A stretch of 40,178 nt of DNA from Cystobasidiomycetes sp. EMM_F5 (Eukaryota), in the NCBI GenBank assembly GCA_051047955.1, contig JBPGPT010000062.1, forward strand, positions 1 through 40,178. The letters run 5' to 3'. The translations under genes were made by a program, and so were the position numbers. Below are positions 35,943-40,178 of the stretch, one piece after another (within the stretch, counting starts at the first letter, position 1; each line of letters opens with the position of its first letter). The notes beneath the pieces were generated by a model. The model had not been told where the DNA came from, made no database searches, and saw only the letters and a program-made list of their open reading frames with translations.

Positions 35943-38366
35943 ATGGGACTCACAACCCGCCGAACGAGCGGAATGGTCGGGCAGTCTGGCAACGGCGGCC
36001 AGCACATCCTGGACTCGCTCGACGCGTTCAAGCGCAAGCACTCGACGCAGAACCGCGAGATCATCCACCGCAACAGCGATCTGATGCGGTGAGTTCGTTT
36101 CCGAGCGGTTCGGACCGTCAAGCTGATCCGTGTTTACTATTGCCAATATCCCGGAAATCGTATGTCAGAGCCAATTCTGAGCTGACACGGAAGCTCCAGA
36201 TCTCGCAGGATCAGCTGATGGCTGCAAGAAGTAAAGCCGTCGCTGCAGACACCTCCATTCAGCAGCTCGAAGCCCGGATGGCGTGGCTCGAACGGGAGGT
36301 TGTCGAAGCAAGGAATGCCAATAGACGGTTGCACTCTCCGGCTCTAGCAGATGCCGCGCAGGTGCGGATATAGCCGTCGTGCAAGCTCATCTATCCTTAT
36401 GATCTTGTCTACAGTTTGTGCAAGTCATTGATGGCATCGTCAACCAGCTCAACACGCTCAAGAGCGCATTCACTGCAATCGCAAAAGCCCAGGGTAGGTC
36501 TGTCAGCGTGACTTTGAAGCGTCACCTCGCTGACATTCTGCTCAACCTGGCATTGCAGATACTGCACCTACCGAGGTCAAACCGAAAGCATCGCAGTCTC
36601 GTCACCCAGCACATATACAAGCAGCAGCACCATCAACGTCGTTGATCGCTGTGCCTCGCGGAGCTCGACGGTCTTCAGCGACTCCAATCGTGTCGAACGA
36701 GCCTGATCTCTCGCAAATTTCCGAAGACAGTCATGAGCCATCCCTGACGGAATCGCAACGGCGAGGAGCTGCAGGCTCCCCATCTAGTGACAACGACGCA
36801 AGTGACGGCGTGGAAGGCTATTATGAGCACATTACTTTCACTAAATCAGGAAGCCGCGAACCTGACAGCGAACCAGTTGAGCAGGGCGTGCTCGTGCAAC
36901 AGACGCTCACAACAGATAAAGACACGCCGCCTTTGACAATATCATCAGCGCACGCTATTGACATATCAAATGTGGACGAGTCACGCCGCAGACAGGCTAA
37001 ACGAAGAAAAAGTGCAAACTTTCCCGCTCTTGCTCCCAGGTCACCGCGCCAAGGTAGCCTACAAGCGGCAACGATCACGTCGGCAACTGACAAACCCGCT
37101 GATAGCAGGGTATCAGGGCTCTTCGACATACAGTCCTTCTCCGAGGGAGTTGTCTTGAATACCGGGCCATCCATGTCCGTTTCGCGGCCTTTACCCAAAC
37201 TGCATCAGGTCACAGTGGATCGCACGATTTCTGCGCGGTACTCGCTGCCCTCCAACCGAAAGGCTTCTATCGCGTCAAAGGCTTCGCCACCTCTCGAGAG
37301 CCGATTGAACGACACATTGGACGTTTTAGGGAGAGACGTTATCTCTGGCTCTTATGTCGCAGGCTCTCGTCGTATGGACTCTCCCAGCACCTTGCGCGAG
37401 TGTCACCAATACGAGGATTCCTCTGTTCACCAAAAGAAGCATCTTGACAGCTCCATGGTCGGCCGACCGCACGACGCGCGCGACGCACATGACGCGCATG
37501 ACGTTGGCTGCACTACGGGGGTCGCCACCGCTGGTCCGCAAAGTGCGCTGGAGGAACAGGACGAACGCGCTACTGTGCGGCCGGCCGTGCTCTCCAGTGC
37601 CCGAACTGCGCGTGCCGTGAAAGCGATAAATCACGACAACCTTCGCCTGGACAAAACGTCGCAGGTCATGAAGCCTGTCACCACGGGCCTCGTGCACCTT
37701 CCTGTGTCGCAAAATAATGGGCCCCGAAGATCGACCACACCAGAGTCAGAACCTCCTGTCGCACAAAACAGTCTCACCCCACACGACTTACACGTAATGG
37801 CGAGCAGCCCTGGCAATGTTCGGACACCAGCCTTTCGGCAGTCTGGCAGCGCCGACATGCAAGCCAGCCTTGACGTGAATGTCTCGCACATCACGAGAAC
37901 AAGCAGACCTCGAAGGCGGCAGGTGATTGATGACTCTCTGTCTCCACCTACATCCGACTTTGACCATGTCGCGGTACAGTCGGACTTTGGAAGCAATGCT
38001 TCAGTTGAACCACGGTCACCGCTCCCGACTTCGGCTAATAACGCTGCCGCGTCTTCAGTGAACTTTACCATTGCTGGCAACCGCGAAAGCCGGCGAGCGC
38101 GTTCACAAGTCAGCTACCAGGAGCCAAGTCTGGTCAAGTAAGCTGTACAGTGCGCATTAGGTATTGCGACAGCCTGCTGAAGTGTCTGCATTGTTTCCAG
38201 GAAGATGCGGCAGCCTGCTGGGTATGTTCCCAGCATCAAAACTACAGCTTCCACCAGGAGTATTCCAGTCAATGGCGGTGTGCGACGAAAAAGTCAACAC
38301 CGCGCATTTGACGCTGTTCAGCAATCCACAACAACAATCGTGTCACCACAGCGTTTGTGCCCATAG
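35943..38366 (+). CDS. SGO1: Shugoshin; 5 exons
   Basis: N-terminal coiled coil FKRKHSTQNREIIHRNSDLMR/ANSELTRKLQ, a long disordered middle, and the C-terminal basic SGO motif RRARSQVSYQEPSLVK/KMRQP spliced across intron 38138-38200. Confidence 0.85.
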
Positions 38367-39052
38367 ATCAGCCATCGTCAGAACTTGTACAATACTTAAT
38401 CAGCATGTTGTGTATCTCGTGCAGCAACGTCTGCTGACCATGATCATAGCCGTGATAGGTGATAGAGTCAGCAAACGCATCACAGCGTGCGTTGACGCAG
38501 AATACAATGCACCCATGTAACCCGCTACGGCACGCAAGCTTGTATGATTCCCGCACACACGGATTAGGGCAAGTGTGGAGCGTCGTGTCACGATGTCAAA
38601 CGTCAGATACGCCAGTACCGTCCCGAACAATGAAAAGTAGCGATGATCATTCGCCGAGACTGTACAACATGTGTCTCATCTGCTTCCATCCTTACAGTAT
38701 GACGCAGGGACCGGCATCGCCAATGTTTGGTTGGTCAGAATGAGGTGAGCATAATAGGCGATGACATAGGAAACAGGTGGGACAGCAAACAATCACTCGC
38801 CGCTCGTAAAGTCTTGCTGTTTAACAGGAGCTTGGGCGAGTCATTGTAATTTGATGCTCCGTAATTTAGTTAAGGAAATGGGAGGAGCATACTATTTCTT
38901 TGGCACAACATCGACTGACATAAGCATGACTTTACGCTAGTTGGCAGCCTTGCGCGTTTCAAGTCGGTGGCATAGTAGGCGCTCCGAACCTGATCCTTGA
39001 CATGTTCAAAGCGAAATGAAGTCTCGAATCTTCAAATTTTGAGCTGATGAAT

Positions 39053-39210
39053 TGATGAGGAGACAACAGCTGACGACTAATTTACAACGAGACTTGTGCG
39101 AACTGATGACTCACGTTCAACAGTCTAACGCATGTCGCGTTCAACTAACAACTGACATCTTCCTAGTCCGCATGTTTGACGGTCAAACCGTTCATACTGA
39201 CGCTCCCACT
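39053..39210 (-). repeat. Putative polypurine tract and 3' LTR of the copia element (boundaries tentative)
   Basis: On the minus strand AGTGGGAG (PPT-like) is followed by CGTCAGTATG...; a candidate end ...CTCATCA lies at 39053. The second LTR is outside the window, so this cannot be confirmed. Confidence 0.4.
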
Positions 39211-40178
39211 GAACTGTTTGGGCGCTCTATTCCAATTGCGGAGACATGCTGACGGAATACATCTTTTGCGAGAGGTTTGGTGAAGATATCGGCAGTGTTA
39301 GATGTTGTGTCGATGTATGATAGACTGATTGTGTTGTCATCCAGAAGTTGTCGAATATGATGATATCTGAGCAAGATGTGTTTAGTTGCATCGTGACTAG
39401 TCTTGTTCTTAGCCAAAGCGATAGCTGATTTGTTGTCGGCATAGATTGGTGTTGGGCATGTAGAAACGTAGCTGTCTCCAAGCATTGCCAGACACCTCCG
39501 CTCCCACTGAATATCGCGAACGAGGTCATCCATAGCGATATACTCAGCTTCGGCCGTTGAGTGAGCTATGATTGGCTGTTTCTTGCTTCTCCATGCAATA
39601 ACGCCTCCACGGTACTTGACGAGCCATCCGCTTGTTGATTTGGAGGTTTGTTTGCATCCCGCGTGGTCAGAATCACTGATGCCCTCGAGAACGTCATCAG
39701 TACCGGCGAGACGTAGTCCATGAGAGCGGGTGCCGGCGAGATATCGTAGAATGCCCTTGCATATTTCATAGTGACGATTGTTCCATTTTGCATTGTAGGA
39801 AGACATCCTGTTGACGGCGAAAGCGATGTCGGGTCTTGTCATTGTTGCAAGATATTGCAGGGATCCCGTGATGGTCCGATAAGGAAGGTGGGAGGCGAGA
39901 CGGTGTTCTTCATCAGTAGCGTTTACAAGATCTGGAAGGACAGAAGGGGACATGGGGATAACGTTGGTTTTGCATTGGTCGAGGTCGAACCGCTCTAATA
40001 CGCGTTGGGTGAATTGGGTCTGCGTGAGCCAGATACGTCGGTTTTGCCTATCTCGATGAATTTCCATGCCTAAAAAATATTGAAGGTCGCCCAGTGGCCG
40101 ACATGGGAAACGATCATTTAGTCTCCGTACGAACTCGTCAATCAATGCTGCGTCTCTTCCTGCAATAGCTGAATCGTC
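39192..40178 (-). mobile_element. Ty1/copia LTR retrotransposon pol, 3' part: reverse transcriptase C-terminal half and RNase H
   Basis: The window edge begins at the DD of the RT YxDD motif (DDSAIAG). It continues with LGDLQYFLGMEI, YRTITGSLQYLATMTRPDIAFAV, SDSDHAG, STSG, WRSKKQ, STAEAEY, DNKSAI, TKHI and ADIFTKPL. There are no introns or internal stops. Confidence 0.95.

Overview
This is intron-rich, very gene-dense eukaryotic DNA, most consistent with a compact basidiomycete fungal genome (inferred from short introns, CTRAY-like branch sites, micro-exons and several 100-350 bp intergenic gaps). Manual splicing gives about 18 protein genes, in order: an EutQ-like cupin (3' part), a GFA/CENP-V Zn protein, a DUF3445 heme N-demethylase-like protein, an RS/RRM/CCHC RNA-binding protein, Rab11/Ypt3, mitochondrial bS6 (MRP17), QTRT2, PI 4-kinase STT4, a CUE-domain protein, Pol delta subunit Pol32/Cdc27, an LRRC40-like LRR protein, glutathione peroxidase, mitochondrial Lon (PIM1), PI synthase, an E2 ubiquitin-conjugating enzyme, SNU13, KEOPS PCC1 and shugoshin. 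The 3' end of an intact-looking Ty1/copia retrotransposon sits at the right edge. Several genes (cupin, MRP17, SNU13, PCC1, E2) are largely invisible in the ORF track because of introns. Highlights: (1) STT4 appears to need a non-canonical AT-AC intron with U2-type signals plus an 8-nt micro-exon to build its conserved DFGFLFDIGPGG segment; (2) a cupin/GFA/DUF3445 trio may be an amine-demethylation and formaldehyde-capture module; (3) there are three probable GC-AG introns and many 5-22 nt micro-exons; (4) QTRT2 lacks its Zn-binding cysteines. All gene models were spliced by eye without alignments or RNA data.
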